In this document: positions 29,229-39,387 of the stretch, piece by piece | Numbering within the stretch: position 1 is the stretch's first letter | How the letters are laid out: each line of letters begins with the position of its first letter | Origin: Candidatus Binatia bacterium | GTDB lineage: Bacteria; Desulfobacterota; Binatia; HRBIN30 | Assembly: GCA_038245295.1 (NCBI GenBank) | Contig: JBBRSP010000013.1 | Coordinates: 1 to 64,000, forward strand | Reading direction: 5' to 3' | DNA length: 64,000 bases | Notes under the pieces: generated by a model | What the model saw: the letters and a program-made list of their open reading frames with translations, nothing else | What the model was told of the DNA's origin: nothing | Databases searched by the model: none | Translations under genes and position numbers: made by a program

Positions 29229-30512
29229 ATGGCGAGCGATCTGCGGAACGAGCTGCGCTTCGTCGTCGGCGAGGATGGTGTGCTTCCCGCCGAGGCTGAT
29301 GCGTCGGTAGCCATCGATGGTCGGCACCCGACGTGTATCGTTCTTCCTCACGATCGCGGCGAGCTGCGGCGGGTCCTCGCCTTTGCGCAGAAGCACAAAC
29401 AGACGGTGATACCGTTTGGCAACACGAGCCAACTCTCGGTTGGACCAGCGCCGCAGAGCTACGATATCGCGCTCGGCACGACGCGCGTAGCGCGGATCGT
29501 CGCGCACGAGGCGGGTGACATGACCGTCACCGTCGAAGCCGGAGCGACGCTGGCCGCCGTGAACGAACGGTTGGCCGGGGCAGGGCAACACTTGCCGCTC
29601 GATCCGCCGCTACCGTCGCGCGTGACGATTGGGGGCTTGATCGCTGCCGATCAGTGGGGTCCTTCACGCGCCTCGCACGGCAAGGTGCGTGATCTGCTCA
29701 TCGGCATCACCGTCGCCTTGCAGGACGGTCGGCTGGTGCACGGCGGTGGACGCGTTGTGAAGAACGTTGCCGGCTACGATCTGATGAAACTGTTCACCGG
29801 CTCCTGGGGAACTCTCGGCGTGGTGCTGGAGGCAACATTCAAAGTTCGACCGTTACCGGCCGCCGCGTCTTTGTTCATGGCGGCCGTGCCGGATCTGCCC
29901 TCTGCCATGGGTCTGGCGCGTCGCGTGATCGACGCGCGTCTGAGTCCCGCTTACGTGGTGGTCCTGAGCAAAGGGGCTGCCCAGGCGATTGTCGGTGAGT
30001 CGCGCGACATGGTGTTGGTGTCGTGTGCCGGCATTCCCGCCGAGATCGACAATCAGCGCCAGCGGTTGGCCGCGCTGCTGCATCCGGTGGCGCTCGACGA
30101 GGCGATGGCAGATCGCGCTGCCGTGATCCAGGAACGTTTGCGCGATTGGCCGGCGATGACATCGGCGTCTTGGGGAGCACGGATTAGCCTATTGCCGACT
30201 CGTCTTGAGTCTTTCCTGAGCGGGATTGGCGGAGCCATGGGAGCCAACGTTGATGTCGTCAGCCACAATCTCAGCGGTGTTGCCGTGCTGCGTGGTATCT
30301 CGCCGCTCGACTCGAATCAGCTGCGAGAGTTGCGACGCGCTGTACGTGTGTTGGATGGCTACGTCGTCTTCGATCGCCTGCCGGCAGATCTGAAGCGCAG
30401 CGTCGATGTGTGGGGTGAAGACGTTCCCGGCCTCGATCTCATGCGCGGCATCAAGCAAGCTCTCGATCCGCAGCGCCGTCTCAGCCCGGGGCGGTTCGTC
30501 GGTGGGATCTAG
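29229..30512 (+). CDS. glcE: Glycolate oxidase FAD-binding subunit GlcE
   Basis: GGRVVKNVAGYDLMKLFTGSWGTLG, IKQALDP...PGRF. Operonic with glcD and glcF. Confidence 0.92.
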   Translation: MASDLRNELRFVVGEDGVLPAEADASVAIDGRHPTCIVLPHDRGELRRVLAFAQKHKQTVIPFGNTSQLSVGPAPQSYDIALGTTRVARIVAHEAGDMTVTVEAGATLAAVNERLAGAGQHLPLDPPLPSRVTIGGLIAADQWGPSRASHGKVRDLLIGITVALQDGRLVHGGGRVVKNVAGYDLMKLFTGSWGTLGVVLEATFKVRPLPAAASLFMAAVPDLPSAMGLARRVIDARLSPAYVVVLSKGAAQAIVGESRDMVLVSCAGIPAEIDNQRQRLAALLHPVALDEAMADRAAVIQERLRDWPAMTSASWGARISLLPTRLESFLSGIGGAMGANVDVVSHNLSGVAVLRGISPLDSNQLRELRRAVRVLDGYVVFDRLPADLKRSVDVWGEDVPGLDLMRGIKQALDPQRRLSPGRFVGGI

Positions 30513-30559
30513 TCCGATGAGAGAGATACGGATTGCACAGCGCAGGGGCAGCGGGGAGC

Positions 30560-31807
30560 ATGATGAGCCAGCGCTTCGTTGATCCGGAGAAGTTCCTCGA
30601 CTGCGTGCACTGCGGGCTCTGCCTGACGGCGTGTCCAACGTATCTCGAGTTGGGTACGGAGATGGATTCGCCGCGCGGCCGCATTCATCTCATGCGGGGG
30701 CTCGAAGAGGGATCGATCGATCTGACACGCGATGTCGTGCGTCACCTCGATCTTTGCCTCGGGTGCCGAGCTTGTGAGACGGCCTGTCCGTCGGGTGTGC
30801 ACTACGGCGAGCTGATCGAAGCGGCGCGGGCCTTCGTTGAGACCACGCATCGCCGTTCTTGGTTGGATCGTTGGCGTCGTCGCGCCGTGAGCATCGTGTT
30901 CCCCAGGCCACGCCTATTGCGTGTGTTGCTGGCGCCGCTGCGTCTGCTCGAGTCGATTGGTGTTCTGGATCGTGTCCGGCAGTGGATGCCGATGGCAGCC
31001 ATGTTGCCCCGACTTACCGCGGAGCCGGCATTGCCGGAGCGTGTCGAGGCAATGGGGGTCGAGCAGAAGCAGGTTGGGCTACTCACCGGCTGCGTCGCGC
31101 AGGTGCTGTTCGCCAAGGTCAACACGGCAACCGTGCGGGTGCTGCAACGCAACGGTTGCGCTGTCGCGATGCCGGCGCAGCAGGGGTGCTGTGGCGCCCT
31201 CTATCTGCACAGCGGCGAGCGCCAACAAGCGCTGGCTTGTGCACGGAACAATATCGATGCGTTTGGGGCAAACCTCGATGCCGTCGTGGTCAATGCCGCC
31301 GGCTGTGGCGCCATGATGAAGGAGTATGGCGACCTCCTACGCGACGATCCGGGCTACGCCGACAAGGCACGCGTCTTTAGCGAGCGGGTACGCGATATCA
31401 CTGAGTTCCTCGCCGCGTTGCCGCTGGTGGCCCCGCAAGGACCGGGCGGCGGGCGTACGACGTATCACGATGCCTGCCACCTGGCCCACGGGCAGGGTGT
31501 GCGCGCGGCGCCGCGCCAACTGTTGCGTGCAATCCCCGGCGTCGAGCTGGTCGAGTTGCAGGAGTCGGATCTCTGTTGCGGCAGCGCCGGGAGCTACAAT
31601 CTCACCGAACCCGAGATGGCGCATCGCCTCGGCGCACGCAAAGCCGCCAATATCATCGCCACCGGCGCGACATGCGTGGCCGTGGCCAACCCGGGCTGCG
31701 CGATGCAGATCCAGGCGGCCTTGAAGGCGGCGGGGACGACGATTGAGGTGCGTCACCCGGTGGAGTTGCTGGACGAAGCTTACAGCGCCGGCAAGCTGCG
31801 CACGTAG
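30560..31807 (+). CDS. glcF: Glycolate oxidase Fe-S subunit GlcF
   Basis: CVHCGLCLTACPT, CLGCRACETACPSG, two CCG domains, YHDACHL. Confidence 0.93.
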   Translation: MMSQRFVDPEKFLDCVHCGLCLTACPTYLELGTEMDSPRGRIHLMRGLEEGSIDLTRDVVRHLDLCLGCRACETACPSGVHYGELIEAARAFVETTHRRSWLDRWRRRAVSIVFPRPRLLRVLLAPLRLLESIGVLDRVRQWMPMAAMLPRLTAEPALPERVEAMGVEQKQVGLLTGCVAQVLFAKVNTATVRVLQRNGCAVAMPAQQGCCGALYLHSGERQQALACARNNIDAFGANLDAVVVNAAGCGAMMKEYGDLLRDDPGYADKARVFSERVRDITEFLAALPLVAPQGPGGGRTTYHDACHLAHGQGVRAAPRQLLRAIPGVELVELQESDLCCGSAGSYNLTEPEMAHRLGARKAANIIATGATCVAVANPGCAMQIQAALKAAGTTIEVRHPVELLDEAYSAGKLRT

Positions 31808-32124
31808 GCGATCAGCGCCGCGAGGTCGTCGGCCGGAAGGGAATCGAACGCACGCTTACGTACCTTCGGATCCACTTGCGTCGGGGCGGTGATCCACAGA
31901 CGAATCTGTTGTTCGGACAGCCGTGTGCCGACACCATCGAGCGGATGGCGGCGGTTGCCTTTGCCGGCGATCGAATGGCATGCGGCGCAGCCCTGGTCGT
32001 CGTACACCTTCTGACCGCGGGCGAGATCCTCGGCGAGCAGCGGCGTTGCCAGACTCATGCAGGCGACAGCGGTGAACAGCAGCCGCACCAAGACAAAATT
32101 GACCATGTGAGGGCGTCGACGCAT
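31780..32124 (-). CDS. Small periplasmic monoheme cytochrome c
   Basis: Signal peptide, GCAACH, AGGAGG RBS before ATG 32124. Confidence 0.85.
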   Translation of the reverse strand: MRRRPHMVNFVLVRLLFTAVACMSLATPLLAEDLARGQKVYDDQGCAACHSIAGKGNRRHPLDGVGTRLSEQQIRLWITAPTQVDPKVRKRAFDSLPADDLAALIAYVRSLPAL

Positions 32125-32276
32125 TGCAGGAACCTCCTCTTGTTACGGCCAACGGCGGCCGCCCGCTGTCAGCGATTCTGAATGAAAGCGAACAGTGCCG
32201 CTAGCAGTACGATCAGCGCACCGGTCAACCAGGCGAGCCATCGAGCGAGTCGGTTGCGCATGGTGTCCTCCGCCCC

Positions 32277-33629
32277 TCAAACCAGGTCGAACAATTCCGT
32301 GTGGAAGCGCGCCATCGGCACACCGAGACTGTAGAGGCCGTGCTCGACGAGATGGATCATCGGTGTCGGGCCACAGACGAAGTATTCGAGTCGATCGCGT
32401 TGCGCCGGCAAGCAGCGATTGAGAACGTCGGCCGTGAGATACCCGACTTCGCCTTGCCAATTGGCCGGCGGCTCTTCGAGAACCGGGATCACCCTCAGGT
32501 TGAGCCGCAGTGCCAGCGTGCTTACCACATCTCGCAGGGCGACACGTTCCAGCCGGCTGTTGGCCCCGATCAACCAGAGAGGACGTTGGTCACCACGGTC
32601 CGCGAGTGCCCGCAGCATGCTGACCATCGGCACGATGCCGATCCCCCCGGCGATGAGAACATACCCGGGAGCTTCGGGATAACGATCCATCGAGAAGGCC
32701 CCGTAAGGGCCGTCGACGTAAGCAATCGCACCGACGGGCGTGTTGCCGATCGTGCGTGTGAAATCGCCAAGCTCTTTGATGGTGAATTGCAGTCGTGGCG
32801 CGGCGACGGGGCTGGAGGCGATCGAGAACGGATGCTCATGCATGGCGAACGGCGACCCGGCCAACGTGAGCCAGGCGAACTGGCCCGCCTCGAACTCGAT
32901 GCCGCGGTGGCCGTCGGGTTCGAGCGTCAGTGTCCACACTTCCGGCGCATCACGCTCGACGGCGACGACACGATACGGCCAGCGGCTCAGCAGCCATGGC
33001 TTAACCAGGCGCGTGCGCAGCACCAGGAGCAGCCAGCTGCCGACGAGCACGAGCCAGAGGGCATGTTTGCGCGGCTCGCCGATGTAATAGCTCACCCCTT
33101 CAATGTGGAGCAGCGCCAGCCCAACCGCCGCCACGGCGAGCACGGCGTGGGCGATTCGCCAGCCGTCGTAGTGTAGGCGAAGCTGCTTGCGCCACAACGA
33201 GCTGGCCACCAGGGCGAGGAGGCAAACGATGGAGCCAATGCCGGCCAGCATGTGGCTCGGCACGTGCCGCGGTTGCAGAAGGTGCAGCAGGGCGGGGTTG
33301 ATGACGATCAGGATGATCGGATGCGCCAGCACCAAGATGGTGCCGACCACCGCCAGATGCCGATGAAAGGAGTAGACGATGTCGATGCCGTAGGGGGCCG
33401 TGGCATGGTGGAAACGCGCCGTCAGTGCGAACTGGACGCCCATCATGGTCGTCGCCGCAAAGCCGAGAGCGAGAGAGAAGTCGTACCAGAACCCGGAACC
33501 CTGCGGACGCGGCGGCAGCAGCAGCAGGGCAACCGGGAGCATGATCAGCAGAATGTAGAGCACCAACCACAACACGCCCTGCGCGATGAGTCGCGGCGTG
33601 CGCGTTGCATGATCGGCCGACTTGCTCAT
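32277..33629 (-). CDS. Ferric-reductase-like transmembrane protein fused to an FAD/NAD(P)H-binding domain
   Basis: Six TM helices with His pairs (FHRHL...LAHP and IAH...LLH), EHPFSIASS, GPYGAF, AGGIGIVP, CGP, HTELF. Confidence 0.9.
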   Translation of the reverse strand: MSKSADHATRTPRLIAQGVLWLVLYILLIMLPVALLLLPPRPQGSGFWYDFSLALGFAATTMMGVQFALTARFHHATAPYGIDIVYSFHRHLAVVGTILVLAHPIILIVINPALLHLLQPRHVPSHMLAGIGSIVCLLALVASSLWRKQLRLHYDGWRIAHAVLAVAAVGLALLHIEGVSYYIGEPRKHALWLVLVGSWLLLVLRTRLVKPWLLSRWPYRVVAVERDAPEVWTLTLEPDGHRGIEFEAGQFAWLTLAGSPFAMHEHPFSIASSPVAAPRLQFTIKELGDFTRTIGNTPVGAIAYVDGPYGAFSMDRYPEAPGYVLIAGGIGIVPMVSMLRALADRGDQRPLWLIGANSRLERVALRDVVSTLALRLNLRVIPVLEEPPANWQGEVGYLTADVLNRCLPAQRDRLEYFVCGPTPMIHLVEHGLYSLGVPMARFHTELFDLV

Positions 33630-33705
33630 GGGTTCACTGGATAGCCCATCCTCAGCCGTCGCTTCCAGGGAGTAGTGGGTCCGTCTGATTCCCAAGGCTA
33701 GGCAA

Positions 33706-33785
33706 CGTCATCCCGGCGAACGCCGGGATCTCCTCAAGTGGAAGCCTGGGGACGCCGGCGAGATTCCGGCGGTCGCCGGAATCTC
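33706..33785. repeat. CGTC-type REP doublet
   Basis: CGTCATCCCGGCGAACGCCGGGATCTC and GAGATTCCGGCGGTCGCCGGAATCTC. Same family as 25517-25597. Confidence 0.8.
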
Positions 33786-33890
33786 GAATCCGCGCCGCCT
33801 CAGTTTTCAAACGAACCCACTACCCTCCGGGGAGTAGACGTAGCACCGCATGCTTGGTACGGGCGGTGCGGCAGGAGGGGAGTGTTGACG

Positions 33891-34901
33891 ATGGCGTTTG
33901 CGGCGAATGCGATTCCTGGTCTTTCGATGGTACTGGGGCCCGTTCAATCAAGTTTGGAAGAGCTGCGCACGCGGCTCGGGCGCGAGGTCGTCTCGCTGCT
34001 GTCCACCGAACCTGAGGTAGACCTCTCGACGTTCGCAACGCCGGCCGGAGATCCTGGCCTGTTCCCTCCCGATAGTCCCGTCTGGGAGGTGCACGCCGAC
34101 ACCTCGATGTTCGTCGGTGGCATCCGCGCCCTGTTGTTCCAAGCGATGCACCCGCTAGCGATGGCGGGTGTCGCCGAGCATTCCGACTACCGCCGTGATC
34201 CGTTGCGCCGCTTGCAGCGCACCGCGACGTTTATCCGCGATACGACGTTCGGCAATACTCAGCGCGTCGACACAGCGATCAAGATGGTGCGCCGTGTCCA
34301 CACCCATGTGAAGGGGATCGCTCCCGATGGGCGGCCCTACTCGGCGTCCAGCCCCGACCTGTTGCGTTGGGTCCACGTGGCCGAGATCGATTCTTTCCTT
34401 GCGGCGCACGTCCGTTACGGCGTCGCACCGCTGAGCGCGTCGCGCACGGATCGCTACGTCGATGAAATGGCCGAGGTCGCCTTGCGCCTCGGTGCCGACT
34501 GGGTGCCGCGTAGCTTTGTCGAGATGCAGAGTTATCTCGGCGACATGCGGGGTGAGCTCGTTGCGGGCGACCAGGCGCGCGACGTGGCGCAGTGGCTCTT
34601 GAACACGCCGGCACATCCAAGTGGTTGGCTGCCGCAGATGGTGATGAACGTCGCCGCGGTGGGCCTGCTGCCTGGTTGGGTGCGGCGCGAGCTTGGTCTG
34701 GTGCTTACGCCTTTCATCGATCCACTCGCCCTCATCGATCCGGTCGTTGTCCAACCAACGGCGCTCTTCCTGGTGCGTACCCTCGGCTGGGCTCTAGCGC
34801 CCAACGTCGTCCGCGAAGCTGCCCAGCAGCGCTGGCAACGTGTCACCAAGCGGCGCCCTCGCGCCGCGAAGCGCCCAGCCGCCAAGCGAGCCAAATCCTG
34901 A
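33891..34901 (+). CDS. MpaB'/DUF2236 oxygenase family protein
   Basis: GLFPPDSPVWEVH, GGIRALLFQAMHP, GVAEHSDY, VRRVH, WVHVAE. Confidence 0.88.
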   Translation: MAFAANAIPGLSMVLGPVQSSLEELRTRLGREVVSLLSTEPEVDLSTFATPAGDPGLFPPDSPVWEVHADTSMFVGGIRALLFQAMHPLAMAGVAEHSDYRRDPLRRLQRTATFIRDTTFGNTQRVDTAIKMVRRVHTHVKGIAPDGRPYSASSPDLLRWVHVAEIDSFLAAHVRYGVAPLSASRTDRYVDEMAEVALRLGADWVPRSFVEMQSYLGDMRGELVAGDQARDVAQWLLNTPAHPSGWLPQMVMNVAAVGLLPGWVRRELGLVLTPFIDPLALIDPVVVQPTALFLVRTLGWALAPNVVREAAQQRWQRVTKRRPRAAKRPAAKRAKS

Positions 34902-35052
34902 AATGGAGCGCGCCGCTGGGCGGCACCGTGACTACATGGGGCGTCGGACCTGTGGCGTCATACGCCGACGCCCAAGCGCGGCCCCTCGACCTCAGTCTGC
35001 CCCTCTCTCTGCTGATTGTTGAAGCCTCGAAGCCCGTTCGACATCGATGGGC

Positions 35053-35069
35053 TGCTTAAATCGGTGGCA
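35053..35069 (+). promoter_or_regulatory. Candidate NtrC-type enhancer site
   Basis: TGC-N11-GCA (TGCTTAAATCGGTGGCA) about 75 nt upstream of a sigma-54 -24 box. Confidence 0.4.
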
Positions 35070-35143
35070 ATGCTCTTCCCTCTCAGCCCGCACTGATCCT
35101 CTTCTCGCCGCCTTTCTTGTGGCGCGTGATCCGATGCTTCTCT

Positions 35144-35159
35144 TGGCACCGGCTTTGCA
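35144..35159 (+). promoter_or_regulatory. Sigma-54 (-24/-12) promoter
   Basis: TGGCAC-CGGCT-TTGCA with exact GG-N10-GC spacing. Confidence 0.75.
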
Positions 35160-35260
35160 AACCCAGGTACCGGGATGATGTTTGGTGGGTGACGATGTGT
35201 TCACCCGCCGAGCAGCGCTGGACGGCAGCAGTCGAAAAAAATGCGATTCGGGGGTTGGAG

Positions 35261-35593
35261 ATGACAACGGACGTGTCAGCCAAGAGGTCAGAGACGCGCA
35301 CGAACCCTCTGGTGACGCGCGTCAATCGTATGGCTCCCTGGGGAGCACGATTACGCGACGCCGAGTGGCGCCGCTACGGCTATGTGTTGCTCGCCGGCAA
35401 ACTTGCCGGTGCAACAATTTTGTTCGGAGCATTTTTGCTGGCCCACAACGGCGTCGTCGGCAGCGCGATTGCCGAGGATGCCGCACCACTCACAGGCACG
35501 GACATCGTCAGTCCGATCAATACGCTACTCCGGCCTACGCGGAATACACCCTACACCCTTGGGCAACTCCGCATGGCGGCCCTTCCTTTGTAG
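35261..35593 (+). pseudogene. amtB: Probable ammonium transporter remnant (N-terminal leader joined out of frame to the C-terminal tail)
   Basis: RYGYVLLAGKLAG...AEDAAPLTGTDIVSPINTL resembles the Amt leader up to TM1. Another frame then reads PAYAEY, like the Amt C-terminal AYPEY. Sigma-54 promoter upstream. Confidence 0.55.
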
Positions 35594-35694
35594 ACAGCGC
35601 GTATCCTGCATCCCGCCCCGCCATGGCTACTCGCCCAGTCAAGGCGTACCCCACCTCATCGGCGACGCGACAGCCAGTCGCATCCGGAAACAAT

Positions 35695-35726
35695 CAGAAG
35701 GGCCGAGCGCTAGCTCGGCCCTTCTG
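35695..35726. terminator. Perfect 14-bp hairpin between convergent genes
   Basis: CAGAAGGGCCGAGC-GCTA-GCTCGGCCCTTCTG. Confidence 0.75.
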
Positions 35727-35728
35727 CA

Positions 35729-36028
35729 TTAGGCTTGCGGCACACGCCTTAAGACATCGCCGACGGTAGGATCCCCGTACGTCCCAAACGCATCGATCAG
35801 AACCCCACGCAATCCGTCCGCCGTTTCAATGGCATAGATGACGCTCATTTCATCCGGATCCGACTCACCCTCGAGGCGGTAGAGCTCGCAGATCGTCAGC
35901 TCCTCTGGCTTTAGCACTCGGCTGCTGTGCCCGACCTTGAGGGATTCACGTTCGGGCTCGAAGTCAGCCGTGAAGCCGCGGCCGCGCAGCTCCTTGAGTA
36001 GTTGGGTCGCCGTTGCTTGTTCAGCCAT
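35729..36028 (-). CDS. Conserved small hypothetical protein
   Basis: 99 aa with RLEGESDPDEMSVIYAIET...GVLIDAFGTY. From recollection, this family is often auto-labelled PRPP synthetase, but it has no such motifs. Confidence 0.75.
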   Translation of the reverse strand: MAEQATATQLLKELRGRGFTADFEPERESLKVGHSSRVLKPEELTICELYRLEGESDPDEMSVIYAIETADGLRGVLIDAFGTYGDPTVGDVLRRVPQA

Positions 36029-36166
36029 CGCCGCAGCACCATCCTTCCGTTCGCCTCGCCGAGGTCAGGTCCATTTGCCTACTCCACGGGTCGCGGAAAC
36101 GGAACGCTCAAAATCCCGATCTGGCGTTGGCGGAATCCGGTGACAACGCGGAGCGACGCGCTCCGA

Positions 36167-36679
36167 TCAAGCGGTTGCTTGCGGTTGCTGGCTGGTCTGG
36201 ATGCGCACCGCCGCTGCCGCCGGGATGGCGCCTTGCCACAAGGTGAAGAGAAGTAAAGGCACTTCCAGGAGCAGGGTGAGCGATGCCAGCGCCGCGGCGA
36301 TGCCACGCGCCACATGGGTTGCCATCCACGCATCGGGCAGGTAGCCGAAGAAGACGACGATCATCACGGCGGTGACGACGAAGCCACCGAGAGACGAGAT
36401 GGTGAATTGGCGAATGGTCGTGTTGTTGCCGTCGATGCTGAACATGCTGGGCGAGCGCAAATTCTCGTTGATGAAGAAGCCGCCGCCGGCGGCGAGGCCG
36501 GCCAGCACATGTCCCCACTCGTGCAGCACGAATCCCACAGCACCGAGCAACACACCGCCGATGACGCCCGTCAGATCGGCGAGCACGCCGACACCGGCAG
36601 AGCGATCCGCGGCCAGCCACCAGAAGCCGATCGCCAGGCCAATGATCGTGGCGTCGCGTAACGCGAACTTCAGGTACAT
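36167..36679 (-). CDS. Membrane protein with HEWGH motif (peptidase M50-like)
   Basis: Four hydrophobic segments, VLHEWGH, AGGAG RBS. Confidence 0.65.
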   Translation of the reverse strand: MYLKFALRDATIIGLAIGFWWLAADRSAGVGVLADLTGVIGGVLLGAVGFVLHEWGHVLAGLAAGGGFFINENLRSPSMFSIDGNNTTIRQFTISSLGGFVVTAVMIVVFFGYLPDAWMATHVARGIAAALASLTLLLEVPLLLFTLWQGAIPAAAAVRIQTSQQPQATA

Positions 36680-36868
36680 GACGACTCCTTCTGCAGGAGA
36701 TCTTCCTAGTCTTCTTATGCGCCGCTGTCAGCCTCTTTGCGTCGATGGGTCTGCCGACTGACTCGTGGTAATCGACGCTTCCGACTGGGGCGCCCGCCTG
36801 CCCATGAACCTGTTGCCACACGTGCCCGTGCCCGCGCGCGGCCGGATCCAAATCCGGCCGCGCCGATT

Positions 36869-36892
36869 GTAGGGGCGGTTGGCGAACCGCCC
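36869..36892. repeat. GTAG-type REP
   Basis: GTAGGGGCGGTTGGCGAACCGCCC. A variant GTCGGGGCGGTTCGCGACCCGCCT is at 44779-44802. Confidence 0.7.
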
Positions 36893-37333
36893 GGCGATCC
36901 GGTGGTGCTGACAACTACTGACGCTTCACTACTACGGGCGGCGTTTCTAGATCCGTTCTGCGGGGTGTGGGGTTGGGTTGCGGGCGGAGCCCGCGTCGGG
37001 CCATCCCCGTTTCTTAGTCGACGCCCGTTACCTGGGCATCGACGACTCTACGGTCCGCCGTAACGCTACCCCAGTAGAGCAAGCCCTCGCTGATCTCGGC
37101 TACACGCCAACTGAGCTGCTCGCGATCACGGCGACTCTAGGCTGATCTCCCCCATTCGAAATCCAAGAGTCTCCCTCGTCATCCCGGGATGCGCTGTGTC
37201 TGTGCACGGATCGCCCGAATCGCCTACAGGTCTCCAATTGGCCCGCCGACGACTACCAAGCACGCACCGGACGCGACATTCCGGTGGTGGTGTTGAGCCC
37301 GTCATAGGGCGCCCCTCAAAAGACGGGCGCGTC

Positions 37334-37367
37334 TTGACCGGGATGCAGATGCCCGTCATGTTGACGG
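37334..37367 (+). promoter_or_regulatory. vapBC promoter with palindromic operator (probably leaderless transcript)
   Basis: TTGACC-17-CATGTT overlapped by CCGTCA-TGT-TGACGG directly before the ATG. Confidence 0.5.
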
Positions 37368-37368
37368 T

Positions 37369-37572
37369 ATGAACGCGCGCCGAGTCACAGCAAACCTCCC
37401 CGACGATCTCCTCGACGAGGCGATGGCGGCGACAGGGAAGGGCATCACCGAGACCTTGATCGAGGGACTGCGGCTTGTTCGACGCTCGAAGGCCTCCGAA
37501 CGGGCGCTGGCGCTGAAGGGGAAACTCGACGTTCGTGTCGACCTCGAGGTGTCGCGTGAGCGTCGTCGTTGA
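37369..37572 (+). CDS. vapB: VapB-like antitoxin
   Basis: 67 aa RHH-like RVTANLPDDLLDEAM, overlapping a PIN toxin gene. Confidence 0.8.
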   Translation: MNARRVTANLPDDLLDEAMAATGKGITETLIEGLRLVRRSKASERALALKGKLDVRVDLEVSRERRR

Positions 37573-37945
37573 TACCTCCATATGGATCGACTTTTTCGCC
37601 GGCCACACCATCGCGCCGCTCGAAGAGGCACTGTCCCACGGCATCGTCGTTCTTCCCCCGATTGTCCTTGCGGAGCTCATCAGTGGCGCGCACAAGGCTC
37701 GCGATCGCGCTTTGATCATCGGGCTCGCCCGGGAGCTTTCCGTGCACCCAACACCCATCGATCACTGGATCCGCGTGGGCGAGCTACGATGCCGTCTTCA
37801 AGCGCGAGGTATGTCCATCTCAACACCTGACGCTCACGTGGCACAGTGCGCGCTCGATGAAGAGGCACCGCTCCTGAGCCGCGACGCCATCTTCAAGAAG
37901 ATCAGTCCGATCTGTGGCCTGACGATCACCGAAACGAAAGCGTAG
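37556..37945 (+). CDS. vapC: VapC PIN-domain toxin
   Basis: VVVDTSIWID...AEL...DAHVA...LLSRDAIF. GTG start with GAGGT RBS. Confidence 0.88.
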   Translation: MSVVVDTSIWIDFFAGHTIAPLEEALSHGIVVLPPIVLAELISGAHKARDRALIIGLARELSVHPTPIDHWIRVGELRCRLQARGMSISTPDAHVAQCALDEEAPLLSRDAIFKKISPICGLTITETKA

Positions 37946-38080
37946 CCACGCCCAGAGCGCCATCGGTTGGGTACCATATTGCGTCGATCATTCGAATCCA
38001 ACACCCTTGATCGGGGGTTGCTCTGGATGCACGGTGCCAATGTCGGCCCAGGGTGACCACGGGCCTGCGGGAGGATCAAA

Positions 38081-39295
38081 ATGGATTTCGAACACTCGGA
38101 ACGTGCCCAACTCTACATCGACCAGGTCGAGCGCTTCGTGCGCGAGCGCGTCGTGCCCAACGAGAAGACGTATTTCGATCAGCTCGTCCACACCAACGAC
38201 TTCCGTCAGTGGCGCGTGCCGCCGATCATGGAGGAACTCAAGGCCGAGGCGAAGGCAGCGGGTTTGTGGAACCTCTTCCTCCCCGAGAGCGAATACGGCG
38301 CCGGGCTCGACAATCGTGACTATGCGCCTGTCGCCGAGATCACGGGCCGCAGCTTCATCGCTCCCGAAGTGTTCAACTGCAGCGCTCCCGACACCGGTAA
38401 CGCCGAGGTCCTTGTGCGCTACGGCTCTGATGAACAGAAAGAACGCTGGCTGAAGCCGTTGTTGAATGGCGAGATCCGCTCCGGCTTTGCCATGACCGAA
38501 CCTGCCGTGGCGTCAAGTGACGCTACCAACATGAAGGCGACGTGCGAGATCGAGGGCGACGACATTGTGCTCAATGGTCAGAAATGGTGGACCAGTGGCG
38601 CCGGCGATCCGCGCTGTAAGTTCCTTATCTTCATGGGCGTGACCGATCCCAAGGCGGATCGGCATCAGCGTCATTCGATGGTGCTCGTGCCGCTCGACAC
38701 GCCCGGTGTGAAAATTCTGCGCATGCTGCCGGTGTTCGGGCATCTCGGCGAACCACACGGCCACGGCGAGATCCTCTTCGACAATGCGCGCGTTCCGAAG
38801 AGCAGCTTCATCGCCGGCCCCGGTCGCGGCTTCGAGGTTGCCCAGGGGCGTCTCGGACCCGGCCGCATTCATCACTGTATGCGCGCCATCGGCGCCGCCG
38901 AGCGAGCTCTGCAGCGACTGTGCGAGCGCTCCGTTGGACGCGTCGCGTTCGGCAAACCGTTGTCCAACCTCGGCGGCAATCGTGACATCATCGCCAACTG
39001 CCGCATGGCCATCGATCAGGCTCGCTTGCTGACGCTGCACGCTGCCTGGGCCCTCGATCGCCACGGTGTCTTCGCGGCGCTCACCGACATCTCGGCGATC
39101 AAAGTGGTGGTGCCGAACGTCCTGCAGATGGTCGTCGATGCGGCGATCCAGATTCACGGCGGCGAAGGTGTGGCGGATGCTGAGCTGTCAGGCCTGATGG
39201 GAATGGCGCGCGTGCTGCGCATCGCCGACGGACCGGACGAAGTGCACCGCGGTATGGTGGCGCGGTTGGAGTTGAGGAAGTACGTGAGTGCGTAA
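38081..39295 (+). CDS. Acyl-CoA dehydrogenase
   Basis: [46 protein letters not shown]. Confidence 0.96.
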   Translation: MDFEHSERAQLYIDQVERFVRERVVPNEKTYFDQLVHTNDFRQWRVPPIMEELKAEAKAAGLWNLFLPESEYGAGLDNRDYAPVAEITGRSFIAPEVFNCSAPDTGNAEVLVRYGSDEQKERWLKPLLNGEIRSGFAMTEPAVASSDATNMKATCEIEGDDIVLNGQKWWTSGAGDPRCKFLIFMGVTDPKADRHQRHSMVLVPLDTPGVKILRMLPVFGHLGEPHGHGEILFDNARVPKSSFIAGPGRGFEVAQGRLGPGRIHHCMRAIGAAERALQRLCERSVGRVAFGKPLSNLGGNRDIIANCRMAIDQARLLTLHAAWALDRHGVFAALTDISAIKVVVPNVLQMVVDAAIQIHGGEGVADAELSGLMGMARVLRIADGPDEVHRGMVARLELRKYVSA

Positions 39296-39387
39296 CGCTG
39301 CGGACACGCGGTTGGTGGTCAAGGCGCGTATCAAGGCCTTGCTGCCAATTCCCCGAACCGCCTTCTTAGGCGATTGCGTGGCCTTGC

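Noticed and set aside
36901..36922. GGTGGTGCTGACAACTACTGAC resembles the IS1 left end
   Set aside because: No matching right end or target duplication was found and it lies in a REP spacer. Likely chance or too decayed to call.
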